A stretch of 64,000 nt of DNA. It comes from an uncultured delta proteobacterium. Its GTDB lineage: Bacteria; Desulfobacterota; Desulfobaccia; Desulfobaccales; 0-14-0-80-60-11. Numbering within the stretch: the stretch's first letter is position 1; each line of letters begins with the position of its first letter. Positions 37,863 to 48,202 of this stretch are shown in pieces. The stretch is from the NCBI GenBank assembly GCA_963812015.1, contig CAWETI010000003.1:1472001-1536000 (forward strand), given 5' to 3'. The position numbers were made by a program, and so were the translations under genes. The notes under the pieces are model-generated. The model made no database searches. It saw only the letters and a list, made by a program, of their open reading frames with translations, and had not been told where the DNA came from.

Positions 37863-38669
37863 ATGACTCGTAAACTCGGTGTTCTGGCGATACTTATGGT
37901 GCTGGCCCTGTGTTTCTGCGGCCAGATCGCGTCTGCGGATGATCAAATCACCGTTCCGGTTCTGTGCTACCACCGCTTCGGCCCCACGGTAGCCGACGGC
38001 ATGACGATAACCACCAAGGTGTTCGAGGCCCAGCTCCAGTGGCTCAAGGACCATCAGTACACGGTCATTCCCCTCCGGACCCTGGTGAACTACCTCCGGG
38101 GCCAGGGGCCGCCGCCGCCGCCGAAATCGGTGGTGATCACTGCGGATGACGGCCACAAGACGGTTTTTTCCGACATGCTGCCCCTGGTGCGCAAGTACAA
38201 CATTCCCGTTACCCTGTTTATCTATCCGTCGTGCATTTCCAACGCCTCCTACGCCTTGACCTGGGACCAGTTGAAGCAACTGCAGCAAACCGGCCTGTTC
38301 GACCTGCAGGGCCACACCTTCTGGCACCCCAATTTCAAGAAGGATAAGAAGAAACTGAAGCCCGCCGAGTACCAGAAGGAGTTGGACGCGCAGTTGATAA
38401 AGTCCAAGGCCGTTCTGGAAAAGAGGTTCGGCACCACGGTGGATGTGTTGGCCTGGCCCTTCGGCATCTATGACGACGAGCTGGAAAAAGAGGCCGCTAA
38501 GGCCGGTTACGTGGTGGCCTTCAGTATCGACCGGCGGAATGCCAGCCCGTCCGAGAAACTGCTGGCCCAGCCCCGCTACCTGATGGTCAACGGCGACGGC
38601 ACCAAAAATTTTGAAGCCATCGTCTCCGGTCATGCCCAGGAAAAAGGCCATAAGAATATGACCTATTAG
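37863..38669 (+). CDS. Polysaccharide deacetylase (CE4)
   Basis: PVLCYH, ITADDG, HTFWHP, AWPFG. Confidence 0.88.
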   Translation: MTRKLGVLAILMVLALCFCGQIASADDQITVPVLCYHRFGPTVADGMTITTKVFEAQLQWLKDHQYTVIPLRTLVNYLRGQGPPPPPKSVVITADDGHKTVFSDMLPLVRKYNIPVTLFIYPSCISNASYALTWDQLKQLQQTGLFDLQGHTFWHPNFKKDKKKLKPAEYQKELDAQLIKSKAVLEKRFGTTVDVLAWPFGIYDDELEKEAAKAGYVVAFSIDRRNASPSEKLLAQPRYLMVNGDGTKNFEAIVSGHAQEKGHKNMTY

Positions 38670-38700
38670 GGTCGTGTGCCGCAAGTTTAGAGAGATAGGC

Positions 38701-40131
38701 ATGATAAAGCCATTCCGGATGTACCTGTTCATCCTGGCCGGGGCCCTGCTCTTCGCCACCGCGGCCCTGGCCGATGCCCCCAAGGTCGTTGGCGGCCAAC
38801 CCCAGGAACCTCTCAAAGGCGCAGCCCCAGCCGATAGCGGCAAGGTCGTTGAAGGGCAAAGCAAAAAACCCGTCGAGGGCGAGGCCAAAACTGACAGCGG
38901 CAAGGTCGTTGAGGGCCAGGCCAAGCAACCCCTCGCCGCCGGGGCCCACGCCTTTAACGGCAAGGTCATAGACGCCCAAACCAAAAAACCCATCGAAGAC
39001 GCCCTGGTCACCCTGGGAGACCGGCAAGTTCGAGCCGACAAGGACGGCGCCTTCCACCTGGAGGGGACCGGGGATACCCTCAAGCTGCGCTACCCGGATT
39101 ATGCCCGGCGGGAGTTGCCCATCTCGGAGCTGACCGGGCCCACCACTGAGATCGCCCTCACTCCCTTCAAGGTGAAGGCCCTCTATCTCTCCAGCTACGG
39201 CCTCGCCAGCAAGAAGCTGCGCACCGCCGCCCTCGAAGCCCTCGAGTTAAACAAGATGAACGCCCTGGTGATCGACGTCAAGGGCGATCGGGGCTTCATC
39301 CCCTTCAAGGTGGATATCCCCCTGGCCGAGGAGGTCGGGGCCCAGAAGACGATCCTGTTCAAGGATATGAAGGCCACCGTGGCGGGCCTCAAGGAAAAGG
39401 GCCTTTACCTCATCGCCCGGATCGTGGTCTTCAAGGACGATCCCCTGGCCGCCACCAAACCGCAGTGGGCCGTCCAGAATAAGGGCGGCGGCGCCTTCCG
39501 GGATCGGGAGAGACTCCGTTGGGTCGATCCCTTCCGCCGGGAGGTCTGGGATTACAACATCGCCATCGCCAAGGCCGCGGCGGAGGCCGGTTTTGACGAG
39601 GTCCAGTTCGATTACGTCCGCTTTCCCGACAACCGGGGCACCGGTTTCTCCAAGCCAGCCAATGAAGACAGCCGCACCGATGCCATCTCCGGCTTCCTGG
39701 AAGCGGCCCACCAGGCCCTGATCCCCTCCAACGTCATGGTGGCCGCCGACATCTTCGGCTATGTCTTGTGGAACACCAACGACACCGACATCGGCCAGAA
39801 GATCGACCGGGCCCTCAAGGCCGTTGACGTCGTCTGCCCCATGCTCTACCCCTCGGGTTACCAGTTCGGGATTCCCAACTTCCGCAACCCGGTCCAGCAT
39901 CCCTATGAAATCGTCTATCTGTCGTTAAAGCGCGCCCAGGAGCGCACCGACTCCGATTCCCTGCGCTTCCGCCCGTGGATTCAGGCCTTTCGCGATTATG
40001 CCTTCCATGGGGGCGACTTTACCGAGGAGCGGATGCGCATCCAGATCAAGGCCTCGGACGATTTCGATTCCAGCGGCTGGATGTTCTGGAACCCGCGCAA
40101 CGTCTACCCCACGGGGAAGTTCGCCAACTGA
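38701..40131 (+). CDS. Putative glycoside hydrolase (DUF4015) with carboxypeptidase-regulatory-like domain
   Basis: VIDVKGDRG, IARIVVFKD, GFDEVQFDYVRFP, PMLYPS, RPWIQAF. Confidence 0.85.
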   Translation: MIKPFRMYLFILAGALLFATAALADAPKVVGGQPQEPLKGAAPADSGKVVEGQSKKPVEGEAKTDSGKVVEGQAKQPLAAGAHAFNGKVIDAQTKKPIEDALVTLGDRQVRADKDGAFHLEGTGDTLKLRYPDYARRELPISELTGPTTEIALTPFKVKALYLSSYGLASKKLRTAALEALELNKMNALVIDVKGDRGFIPFKVDIPLAEEVGAQKTILFKDMKATVAGLKEKGLYLIARIVVFKDDPLAATKPQWAVQNKGGGAFRDRERLRWVDPFRREVWDYNIAIAKAAAEAGFDEVQFDYVRFPDNRGTGFSKPANEDSRTDAISGFLEAAHQALIPSNVMVAADIFGYVLWNTNDTDIGQKIDRALKAVDVVCPMLYPSGYQFGIPNFRNPVQHPYEIVYLSLKRAQERTDSDSLRFRPWIQAFRDYAFHGGDFTEERMRIQIKASDDFDSSGWMFWNPRNVYPTGKFAN

Positions 40132-40181
40132 GGCGGGATGGCGTCTTCGCCAGCCTCCTGCTTGGTTTTGAATTCCACTGT

Positions 40182-40285
40182 CAGGCTGTTGAAAAATTAT
40201 AATTTCCCCAGACTGTCATTCTGAGCGGAGCGAAGAATCTTCTCTCCGCTCAGGATGACAAAAAACCCGATTTTTCAACGGCCTG
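40182..40285. mobile_element. MITE with 15-bp terminal inverted repeats enclosing a TGTCATTCTGAGC hairpin
   Basis: CAGGCTGTTGAAAAA ... TTTTTCAACGGCCTG. Confidence 0.7.
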
Positions 40286-40441
40286 TTAGACCCGGAGCTA
40301 TCTCCTTTCCTAAAAGCTAACTTCTGAAGAACGCTGGGGTTAGGGGCTGAAAAATCTTCCTCCAGGTCGAAGCATTCGCCTCTTTGGGGGCTAGGGAGCG
40401 CACGTGAAATTTTGTGATTTTTTGAGATCAAGAGCACCGAG

Positions 40442-42913
40442 ATGGCGTATAATCAAATCTCAAAAAGTGATGTAAAGATGCCTGAGATGGACACCCGTAA
40501 AACTCTCGCCCCGTTGGTTGCCCTCGCCGTTGCGGTCATACTCCTTGGTCTGGCCGGCTGCGCGGGGGTGGCGCCGAAGCCTTTGCCGCCGATCATCATG
40601 GAGCCGACCCCGCCCCCGCCCCCGGCGCCCGAGGCTCCCGAGATCGACGCCCGGCGTTTCGCCCCCCTCAATCAGGCTGCCAAGCAGGAGGTCGCCGCCG
40701 GGCACGTCCCCGGGGCCGTCATCCTGGTGGGCCACCGCGGCAAGACCGTGTACCGCAAGGCCTTTGGAAAACGCGCCCTGACGCCCTGCCCCCAGGCCAT
40801 GACAGTGGACACCGTCTTCGACCTGGCCTCCCTGACCAAGGTTGTGGCCACTACCACCGCCATCATGAAGTTGGTGGATCGCGGCCAGATCGGTCTCGAC
40901 AGACCTGCGGCCACCTATTGGCCGGCCTTTGCCGCCAACGGCAAAGGGGAGATCACCATCCGCCAACTCATGACCCACACCTCCGGGTTGCGCCCCGGGA
41001 TGCCTTCCCAGCCCCACTGGTCTGATTATGATGGGGCGATGGCGGCCATTGTTCAGGATCACCCGGTCTATACCCCGGGAACCCAATTCCGCTACAGCGA
41101 CGTCAATTTTATCACCCTGGGCGAGATCGTGCACCGGGTCTCGCATATGCCGCTGAGCGTCTACTGCAAGCGCGAGGTCTTCGGGCCCCTGGGTATGAAG
41201 GACACCTCGTTTGAGCCGCCGCTGAAGTTGAAACCCCGCATCGCCCCCACCGACTACCAGGGGTCTGGGCTGCGCTGGGGCGTGGTGTCGGACCCCACCG
41301 CCTATCACATGGGCGGGGTGGCCGGCCATGCCGGCGTCTTTTCCACGGCCGACGATCTGGCCATCCTGGCCCAGATGCTCATCGATGGCGGCGAAAGTCA
41401 CGGCAAGCAATTTCTCAGCCCCCAAGCCGTCGCCGCCATGACTAAACCCTACCCCATTCCAGGGAGTAACACGCAGCGCGGTCTTGGCTGGGACATCCGG
41501 TCGCCTTACAGCAAGGTCTTCAATGTGGCCTTCCCGCAAGGTTCCTTCGGGCACACCGGCTATACCGGCACCTCAATCTGGATCGATCCGCACTCCCAAA
41601 CCTTTTTAATCGTGCTCACCTCCCGCCTCCACCCCAACGGCAAGGGCAATGTCAAGCCCCTGCGGGAGAAAACCGCCGCGGCGGTGGCCGCGGCCGTGCC
41701 CATGGGGCCGCCGGCGCGCCTCGCGGCGTTAAACGACGACGACGACGATCCGGCGCTAATCGGTTTTGGCGCCAGCGACGGGCCCGAACGGGTCCGGTCC
41801 GGGATTGAAGTTTTGGCGGCCTCCAAATTCGCCCCCCTGGTCGGCAAAAACATCGGGGTGATCACCAATCACACCGGCATCGATGCGTCCGGCCGCTCGA
41901 CCCTCAAGCTGTTGCTCCAGGCCCCCGGCGTCAAAGTGCGGGCCATTTTCAGTCCGGAGCACGGTCTGTCCGGCCAGCTCGACGAGGCGGTCGCCTCCGG
42001 AAGGGATGCGGCCACCGGCCTGCCCGTCTATAGCCTGTACGGCAAGGTCAAGCGGCCCACGGCCCAGATGCTCCGGGGACTGGACGCCCTGGTCTACGAC
42101 ATCCAGGACGTCGGCACCCGCTACTATACCTATATCACCACCCTGGCCTATGCCATGGAGGCGGCGGCCGGCGCCGGCCTCGACTTCTATGTGCTGGACC
42201 GCCCCGACCCCATCACCGCCGCCAGCGTGCAAGGCCCGGTGTTGGACCCCGATTTGCGGTCCTATATCGGCTACTTCCCGCTGCCGGTGCGTTATGGCAT
42301 GACCGCCGGAGAGCTGGCGCAACTCTTTAACAAGGAAAAGGCGATTGGGGCAAAGTTGCACGTGGTGGCGATGAAGGGGTATCGACGGGAGACCTGGTTC
42401 GATAAGACCGGGCTTAAGTGGGTCAATCCATCCCCGAACCTCCGGTCCCTGACCGAGACGATCCTTTACCCCGGGGTGGGCCAGATTGAGTCCGCCAATG
42501 TGAGCGTCGGCCGGGGTACGGCCACACCTTTTGAAGTCATCGGCGCCCCCTGGATTTCGGGGGACCGGCTGGCCCGCTATTTGAGCCAGCGGCGCCTGGC
42601 CGGGGTCGTATTCGAGCCGGTGTGCTTCGTGCCTGGGGCCAGCCCCTATGCCCACCAGCGGTGCGGCGGGGTCCGGCTGCGCCTGACCGACCGGGACGCC
42701 CTCAATACGGCGGCTCTGGGCGTCGAGTTGGCCGCGGCGCTTTACCGGCTTTATCCTGGGCAGTTTCAAATCGACCGGACCGTAACCATGATCGGTTCTC
42801 GCCAGGTCATCCAGGCCATCAAACAGGGGGATGATCCCCGGGACATTCAACGCCGGTGGCTGCCGGGGTTGGATAACTTCTCCCGCCTCCGGGCCAAGTA
42901 TCTGCTCTACTGA
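40442..42913 (+). CDS. Lipoprotein: beta-lactamase-like serine hydrolase fused to NamZ (DUF1343) exo-N-acetylmuramidase
   Basis: LAGC lipobox; ASLTK, YSD, GHTG; FSPEHG, YDIQDVGTRYYTY, NPSPNL. Confidence 0.9.
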   Translation: MAYNQISKSDVKMPEMDTRKTLAPLVALAVAVILLGLAGCAGVAPKPLPPIIMEPTPPPPPAPEAPEIDARRFAPLNQAAKQEVAAGHVPGAVILVGHRGKTVYRKAFGKRALTPCPQAMTVDTVFDLASLTKVVATTTAIMKLVDRGQIGLDRPAATYWPAFAANGKGEITIRQLMTHTSGLRPGMPSQPHWSDYDGAMAAIVQDHPVYTPGTQFRYSDVNFITLGEIVHRVSHMPLSVYCKREVFGPLGMKDTSFEPPLKLKPRIAPTDYQGSGLRWGVVSDPTAYHMGGVAGHAGVFSTADDLAILAQMLIDGGESHGKQFLSPQAVAAMTKPYPIPGSNTQRGLGWDIRSPYSKVFNVAFPQGSFGHTGYTGTSIWIDPHSQTFLIVLTSRLHPNGKGNVKPLREKTAAAVAAAVPMGPPARLAALNDDDDDPALIGFGASDGPERVRSGIEVLAASKFAPLVGKNIGVITNHTGIDASGRSTLKLLLQAPGVKVRAIFSPEHGLSGQLDEAVASGRDAATGLPVYSLYGKVKRPTAQMLRGLDALVYDIQDVGTRYYTYITTLAYAMEAAAGAGLDFYVLDRPDPITAASVQGPVLDPDLRSYIGYFPLPVRYGMTAGELAQLFNKEKAIGAKLHVVAMKGYRRETWFDKTGLKWVNPSPNLRSLTETILYPGVGQIESANVSVGRGTATPFEVIGAPWISGDRLARYLSQRRLAGVVFEPVCFVPGASPYAHQRCGGVRLRLTDRDALNTAALGVELAAALYRLYPGQFQIDRTVTMIGSRQVIQAIKQGDDPRDIQRRWLPGLDNFSRLRAKYLLY

Positions 42914-43267
42914 GGCCGTATCTGACCCAACGCCGGCCCATCCGGCCGGATGATTCGGGTTATCCCACCCCCGGGGAGATTTCTTGCCCTTTACCTCTGA
43001 AAATATTTTACAATTACCCATATCCATGCCGATAAGCTGCGGCGCTGACGATCATCCGGTTGGCGTCGGGTTCCGCCGGGGAGAACTATGCTTCCCGGAA
43101 GTTGCCGCGCCCGGGATCTTATGAGGCCAATTCCCCCGGTTGATCCTTTGGGCGCCGGCCGGGTGACTGACGGTCAATGGTTTTTGGTTCTCAAAGCCGG
43201 AGACCCGGTTAAGGCCGCTTCACCCATCGTGGCGCCTGGCTGTATTGGGGTTGAAACCTGGAGTGTC

Positions 43268-44518
43268 ATGGCAGAGCCGATCTATTCCCGCGACGACCTG
43301 AGAAACCTGGTGCAGCTCTCCTCCCTGGTCAATTCGTCCCTGGATACCCAGGAGGCCCTGAACAATGCCTTGAAGAGTGTGGAGCAGTCGTTGAACGCCG
43401 AGGTGAGTTCCATCTTTGAGGTGGACAAGGTCAAAGGGGAGCTTTTTTTTCGCCTGGCCCGGGGACCCGGCTCGGAAAAGCTCAAAAACTTGCGGCTGAA
43501 GATTGGGGAAGGCATCGCCGGGTGGGTGGCCCAGACGGAAAAGCCGTTGATCTGTCCCGATCCTTACGTGGATGCCCGGTTCTCCCGGCAGTTTGATGCC
43601 CAATCGGGTTTTTCTACCCGCTCGATCCTCTGCGTGCCCCTGAAATCCCAGGATCGGCTCGTGGGAGTGCTGGAAGTGCTCAACAAGAAAGATGGCCAGG
43701 GTTTTCATGACGATGACCTGGAAATTCTGACCATGCTGGGCAATATGATCGGTCCCGCCCTGGAGAACGCCCAACTTTACGGCCGTTTGAAGGAAAAACT
43801 CACCCTCACCATGGAAGAGTTGAAAGTGGTGGAGGACAAGTTGCTGCAAACCGAGCGCTTGGCGGCCCTGGGGAAACTCTCCAAAGGGGTGGCCCACGAG
43901 GTGCGGAACCCGGTCATGATCATCGGAGGCTTCGTCCGGCGCCTCCAAAAGCGCCTGCCCCCCGACGATCCCGCCCTGGAGATGATCGTTCCCATCCTCC
44001 AATCGGTGCGCCGGCTGGAGCGGATGGTGGCCGAAATCGAAGAGTTTACCGTCTTGTTGGAGCCGGACTTACAGCGCCGGGACCTGGCCGCGGTCATTGA
44101 CCAGGTGTTGGCGGCCTGCGCCGGGGCCCTGGAGCAGCGCCGGATTGCCGTGCAGCGCCGGGTCCCTCCGGATCTGCCCCGGATTCCCCTGGATGAGCGC
44201 CTCTTAAGCCTGGCCCTCCGCCACCTCATCGACAACGCCATGGAGGCCATGCCCCAGGGCGGTCAACTGAGCCTGGAGGTGACGCCCGAGCCCAAAGGGC
44301 TGCGCCTGATCCTGAGGGACACCGGGGTCGGCATTCCCCCCGACGACATGCCTTATCTCTTCGACCCGTTTTTCTCCTCCAAACCCGACGGCACCGGTAT
44401 GGGCCTGACCAAGGTGCACCAGGTCATCAGCGATCATCGGGGGGAAATCCAGATCACTTCGGCCCCCGGGCAGGGCACCGCAGTGAATATCTGGCTGCCC
44501 CGGTGGCTGGTCAAATAA
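43268..44518 (+). CDS. GAF-domain sensor histidine kinase
   Basis: GEGIAGWV...LEVLNKK GAF, AHEVRNP, GTGMGL; start set at MAEPIY. Confidence 0.9.
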   Translation: MAEPIYSRDDLRNLVQLSSLVNSSLDTQEALNNALKSVEQSLNAEVSSIFEVDKVKGELFFRLARGPGSEKLKNLRLKIGEGIAGWVAQTEKPLICPDPYVDARFSRQFDAQSGFSTRSILCVPLKSQDRLVGVLEVLNKKDGQGFHDDDLEILTMLGNMIGPALENAQLYGRLKEKLTLTMEELKVVEDKLLQTERLAALGKLSKGVAHEVRNPVMIIGGFVRRLQKRLPPDDPALEMIVPILQSVRRLERMVAEIEEFTVLLEPDLQRRDLAAVIDQVLAACAGALEQRRIAVQRRVPPDLPRIPLDERLLSLALRHLIDNAMEAMPQGGQLSLEVTPEPKGLRLILRDTGVGIPPDDMPYLFDPFFSSKPDGTGMGLTKVHQVISDHRGEIQITSAPGQGTAVNIWLPRWLVK

Positions 44519-44633
44519 TTCAACGACAATCCCCCTCAGACGGACCGGCGGCATATTCGCCGGCAAACGGCCCCATGACCCTCGCCGCCCTTGCCAATGC
44601 CTCCCGGAAAGATTAGCATTTGGATGGTTATTA

Positions 44634-45029
44634 ATGAAGATACTGGGTTGTTCTGAAAAGGTAAGCGATACCATGGACCGATGCGCCTGTTCCAATCACC
44701 TCCACAGTTCCCCAGACCCGAACCCCCCGCCTCATGAAGACGAGCTGCCGGAGGCGTCTGATCATGACAGGGAGTCGTCCCGGTTTCCTGTATGGGGCCG
44801 GCTGTCCAGGTTTTTCCTCTGGTGGCTGATCTTTGCCGGCGTCTACGCCAGTTCTTCCGTGTGCCCCTTCTGCGGCCGGGCGGGTTGTCCGGTGGGCGCC
44901 GCCAGCGCCGGGCTGGTGGGCGGCGTCTTTGCCTTCCTGATCACCGGAGTCAAGCGACTGTTGACGTCCTTTAAACGACTTTTGCCAATTGGCCGCGCCA
45001 CCGGAGGGGTCCGGAAAACCGGGGGTTAG
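44634..45029 (+). CDS. Small membrane protein with a CPFCGRAGC motif
   Basis: Two TM helices flanking a Cys cluster; start may be 44673. Confidence 0.65.
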   Translation: MKILGCSEKVSDTMDRCACSNHLHSSPDPNPPPHEDELPEASDHDRESSRFPVWGRLSRFFLWWLIFAGVYASSSVCPFCGRAGCPVGAASAGLVGGVFAFLITGVKRLLTSFKRLLPIGRATGGVRKTGG

Positions 45030-45063
45030 CCGCTGAGGCCAGGGGGGGAGGAGATTGGGTGGG

Positions 45064-46095
45064 CTACAACCTCAGGCCCCGGTGCGCCGGGATCTTGTCC
45101 AGGAGCTGAAAATTCGTCCGCACTGAGGCTACCGGTTCCCCCACCTGGATGATGTCCGCGGCATGGACCGGCCCCAGGCGGCGGCCGGCTTCAGCCAGGT
45201 AGCGCACCCGGTGGGGATCGATCCCCATGATGCGGGCGCAGGTGGCGTCCACCGCCGGCAGATTGCGCCCCATCACCAAGACCCCGGCCGGTTTCGGGGT
45301 GCCCATGATCGGCCCGTCGCCTTCCATGCCCACAATGCCATCGACGATGGCGAATTGCGGCTTCAGGGCGCAGACAATATCAAGGATGGCCCCGTCGATG
45401 CCCGCATAATGCAGGACATTTTTCGGCCAGCCATAGTAACTCCCCGGCATGACCCCGAATAAATTCTTCATGGACAGGGTAATTCCGGCCCAGTGATGGG
45501 TTTTCAGTTTGGCCAGGGAAACCACCCAATCCACCTGCCGCAAGGTTTCAGGGAAGGTCAGGTTGACCAGGGATGAATAGCGGCTGATATTCTTCATGGA
45601 GTAACCGTGGTCATAGTTCAAATCAATAAAAGGAATCCGATCCTCCCAAAGCATTTCGGCCAGGCCGGATTCTTCTAACAACAGCAAGGTATCGCCGCAA
45701 TGCCCCGGCCCTTCGGCGACCATGACCCGATGCGCCCCGAGCTTGAGAAAAGCTTGGGCGGCGGCATAGACCACTGCCGGATGGGTATTGATATGGATGG
45801 CTCCAGGATCGGTCTCCACCAGGTTAGGCTTTAATAAAATCCGCTTGCCGTTGATTTCCCCGGGGGATATTCCCAAGGCCTTGAATCCCGAAACGATTAC
45901 CCCGGCAATATCGGCGCTATAGTTCGGCACCTTCGCAATAAAAGCCTGTTCCCGCCATTTCCGCCTGAACAGCTTCGGCCACAGGTAGAGGCCCAGAGCG
46001 GCCAAAGCCGCCCCGCCGAGACCGGCGAACAAGAACTCGCGCCGGGTGAAGCCTTTGCGGGGCAGGGTTTCAGGTCCACGCGGATGCTGGTTCAT
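45064..46095 (-). CDS. DUF362 domain protein with Tat signal
   Basis: TRREFL, LLKPNLV, THP, KLKTHH, MKNLFG, MEGDGP. Confidence 0.88.
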   Translation of the reverse strand: MNQHPRGPETLPRKGFTRREFLFAGLGGAALAALGLYLWPKLFRRKWREQAFIAKVPNYSADIAGVIVSGFKALGISPGEINGKRILLKPNLVETDPGAIHINTHPAVVYAAAQAFLKLGAHRVMVAEGPGHCGDTLLLLEESGLAEMLWEDRIPFIDLNYDHGYSMKNISRYSSLVNLTFPETLRQVDWVVSLAKLKTHHWAGITLSMKNLFGVMPGSYYGWPKNVLHYAGIDGAILDIVCALKPQFAIVDGIVGMEGDGPIMGTPKPAGVLVMGRNLPAVDATCARIMGIDPHRVRYLAEAGRRLGPVHAADIIQVGEPVASVRTNFQLLDKIPAHRGLRL

Positions 46096-46997
46096 GATTT
46101 CCCCGGTTCTGAAAAAATCCCTTCGAGCCCGCCGGGTGATTTTAAGGCCACCATGAGCAAGGCGAGGGAGGCCGTATCATAAGCCCCGTATCTTGCCTGG
46201 TTTTTCAGACATGCATAAATCAAGGTGGGGGACGGCTGGGGACGGGCTCCCCAGGCCCCGAGTCCCAAAAGGCTCCACCCCAGTGAGCGGGGGGTAGTTA
46301 AGCTGACGACCCTGGACTGCAAGTAGGTGAGACTGCGTTGAATGGATGCCAGCGAGGTTTGGTCTTTGAGAGCATTCAGGGCAATCCCCGTACTCAGAGG
46401 CATCGGACGCAATTCCTGGTCAAAGACGAAAGTATTGCCGTAGTTCCAGCCGCCCCGGGGTAATTGCCGGTCCAAGAGCAGGCGGGTACCCTCCTTAACC
46501 CGTTCATGGTTGCCATAGCCGGCGAGTTCGAGAGCCAGCATCGCCAGCGCGGTAGGTTCGACCCAGGCATGCGTGTCGGCAATCCAGGACCAACCCTTAA
46601 GATTAGGGTCGTGGCTGGCTGGAGAATTTGCTTCTCGTCGCCAATGCTTGCCGCTGCTGGTCAACAGGAAATGGGCTGCCCGGGCCTGATTGTCCCGATG
46701 TTCGGGGGACTGATGCCAGGCGAAGACCGCCAGGGCGGTGGGCCAGAACGCCTCGGGGTGGTCGGCAGATATGCACACCCGGCCGTCGGGGAACTGCTCC
46801 GCCGCCAGACGGGAACGGGCCCCCGCCAGCAGGGCACGGTCGGCCGGGTCGCCGGCTAGTGCAACGATGGCCCAGCAGCTTGCATCCGGTCGATAATCGC
46901 CCTCGGGGCCCGATGCGAACCCGCCCTCAGCCAGACCTCTTCCCCTTAATTGATTAATCCAAAAAGCACCTAGATCTTCTGGCATAATATCGTTCAT
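46092..46997 (-). CDS. Prenyltransferase/squalene-cyclase repeat protein
   Basis: GWSW...WVEPTA, RQLPRGGWNYGN. Confidence 0.8.
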   Translation of the reverse strand: MNDIMPEDLGAFWINQLRGRGLAEGGFASGPEGDYRPDASCWAIVALAGDPADRALLAGARSRLAAEQFPDGRVCISADHPEAFWPTALAVFAWHQSPEHRDNQARAAHFLLTSSGKHWRREANSPASHDPNLKGWSWIADTHAWVEPTALAMLALELAGYGNHERVKEGTRLLLDRQLPRGGWNYGNTFVFDQELRPMPLSTGIALNALKDQTSLASIQRSLTYLQSRVVSLTTPRSLGWSLLGLGAWGARPQPSPTLIYACLKNQARYGAYDTASLALLMVALKSPGGLEGIFSEPGKS

Positions 46998-47577
46998 GAG
47001 CCATACACGCTTTGTTGGTTTTCCTCAGCAGAGAGTTTAACCGGGCGATTCTTCTGATAACGATATAATCGGTTTGATACGTATTTAGCAACAATTATTA
47101 TTAAAGACAAACCTGATGATTGTCAGACTTTTGTGGGAACCGGCGCCGCCTGCCGGCTTCCAGCCTCAACCGGCCCGCCTGGCCGATCAGCATAAATAAG
47201 CATGTAAAATCAATGACCTAAGCAATTAGGCCCTTCTGGCTCGCCGTCTCTCTAAGGTTTTCCCCCCGGATAATGAGATAGTTTCCCCGAATTAAGGTCG
47301 GGAATTCCCCTAAACCACTTTCAGGGGTTTGGAGGTTAAGAATGAGGGGTGTCCTGATTTACCTCAAGCTTTGCTTGAAGCATATTCAAGGCACACTGAG
47401 CAATATTAAATAATGAGTTAAGCGAATTTGATGACGGATGTCAGGGAGGTGATGAGCCCAGGACGCCTAAGACGCTTAAAATGATTCGCAGTGGCGCAAG
47501 TTCCAAAACTTATTAACCAGGAAAAACCCAAAACCACAGGGAAGAAGCAAAACCCATAAAAAAGAGGAGAGAAAAAC

Positions 47578-47742
47578 ATGGAACGGATGAAGAATTTTTT
47601 CAAAGATGAGTCTGGTGCAACCGCGGTGGAGTATGGTCTGATGGTGGCGTTGATCGCTGCGGTTATCGTAACCATCGTTACGACCCTTGGGCAAAAAGTC
47701 AACACTGCCTTCACAACCGTAAGTAACGGTATGGCCAGCTAA
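47578..47742 (+). CDS. flp: Flp (type IVc) pilin copy 1
   Basis: MERMKNFFKDESG|ATAVEYGLMVALIAAV...SNGMAS; not in ORF track. Confidence 0.93.
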   Translation: MERMKNFFKDESGATAVEYGLMVALIAAVIVTIVTTLGQKVNTAFTTVSNGMAS

Positions 47743-47807
47743 GAAGCTCCATCATGTCCAGTACAAGTATTGGGGGCATGGTCGCAGCCTTGCGAGGAGA
47801 GAAAACT

Positions 47808-47972
47808 ATGGAAGGGATGAAGAATTTTTTCAAAGATGAGTCTGGTGCGACCGCAGTGGAGTATGGCCTGATGGTGGCGTTGATCGCTGCGGTTATCGTC
47901 ACCATCGTTACTACCCTTGGGCAAAAAGTCAACACTGCCTTCACAACCGTGAGTAACTCCATGGCCAGTTAA
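47808..47972 (+). CDS. flp: Flp pilin copy 2
   Basis: G|ATAVEY; ends SNSMAS. Confidence 0.93.
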   Translation: MEGMKNFFKDESGATAVEYGLMVALIAAVIVTIVTTLGQKVNTAFTTVSNSMAS

Positions 47973-48037
47973 GAAACTCCAATATGTCCAGTACAAGTAT
48001 TGGGGGCATGGTCGCAGCCTTGCGAGGAGAGAAAACT

Positions 48038-48202
48038 ATGGAAGGGATGAAGAATTTTTTCAAAGATGAGTCTGGTGCGACGGCCGTGGAGTATGGTCTG
48101 ATGGTGGCGTTGATCGCTGCGGTTATCGTCACCATCGTTACGACCCTTGGGCAACAGGTCACCACTGCCTTCACAACCGTGAGTGGGGCCTTTGGCAGTT
48201 AA
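48038..48202 (+). CDS. flp: Flp pilin copy 3
   Basis: G|ATAVEY; ends SGAFGS. Confidence 0.93.
   Translation: MEGMKNFFKDESGATAVEYGLMVALIAAVIVTIVTTLGQQVTTAFTTVSGAFGS

Noticed and set aside
47578..48202. CRISPR array
   Set aside because: The repeat unit is a 230-bp pilin gene plus spacer, with no unique spacers and no cas genes.
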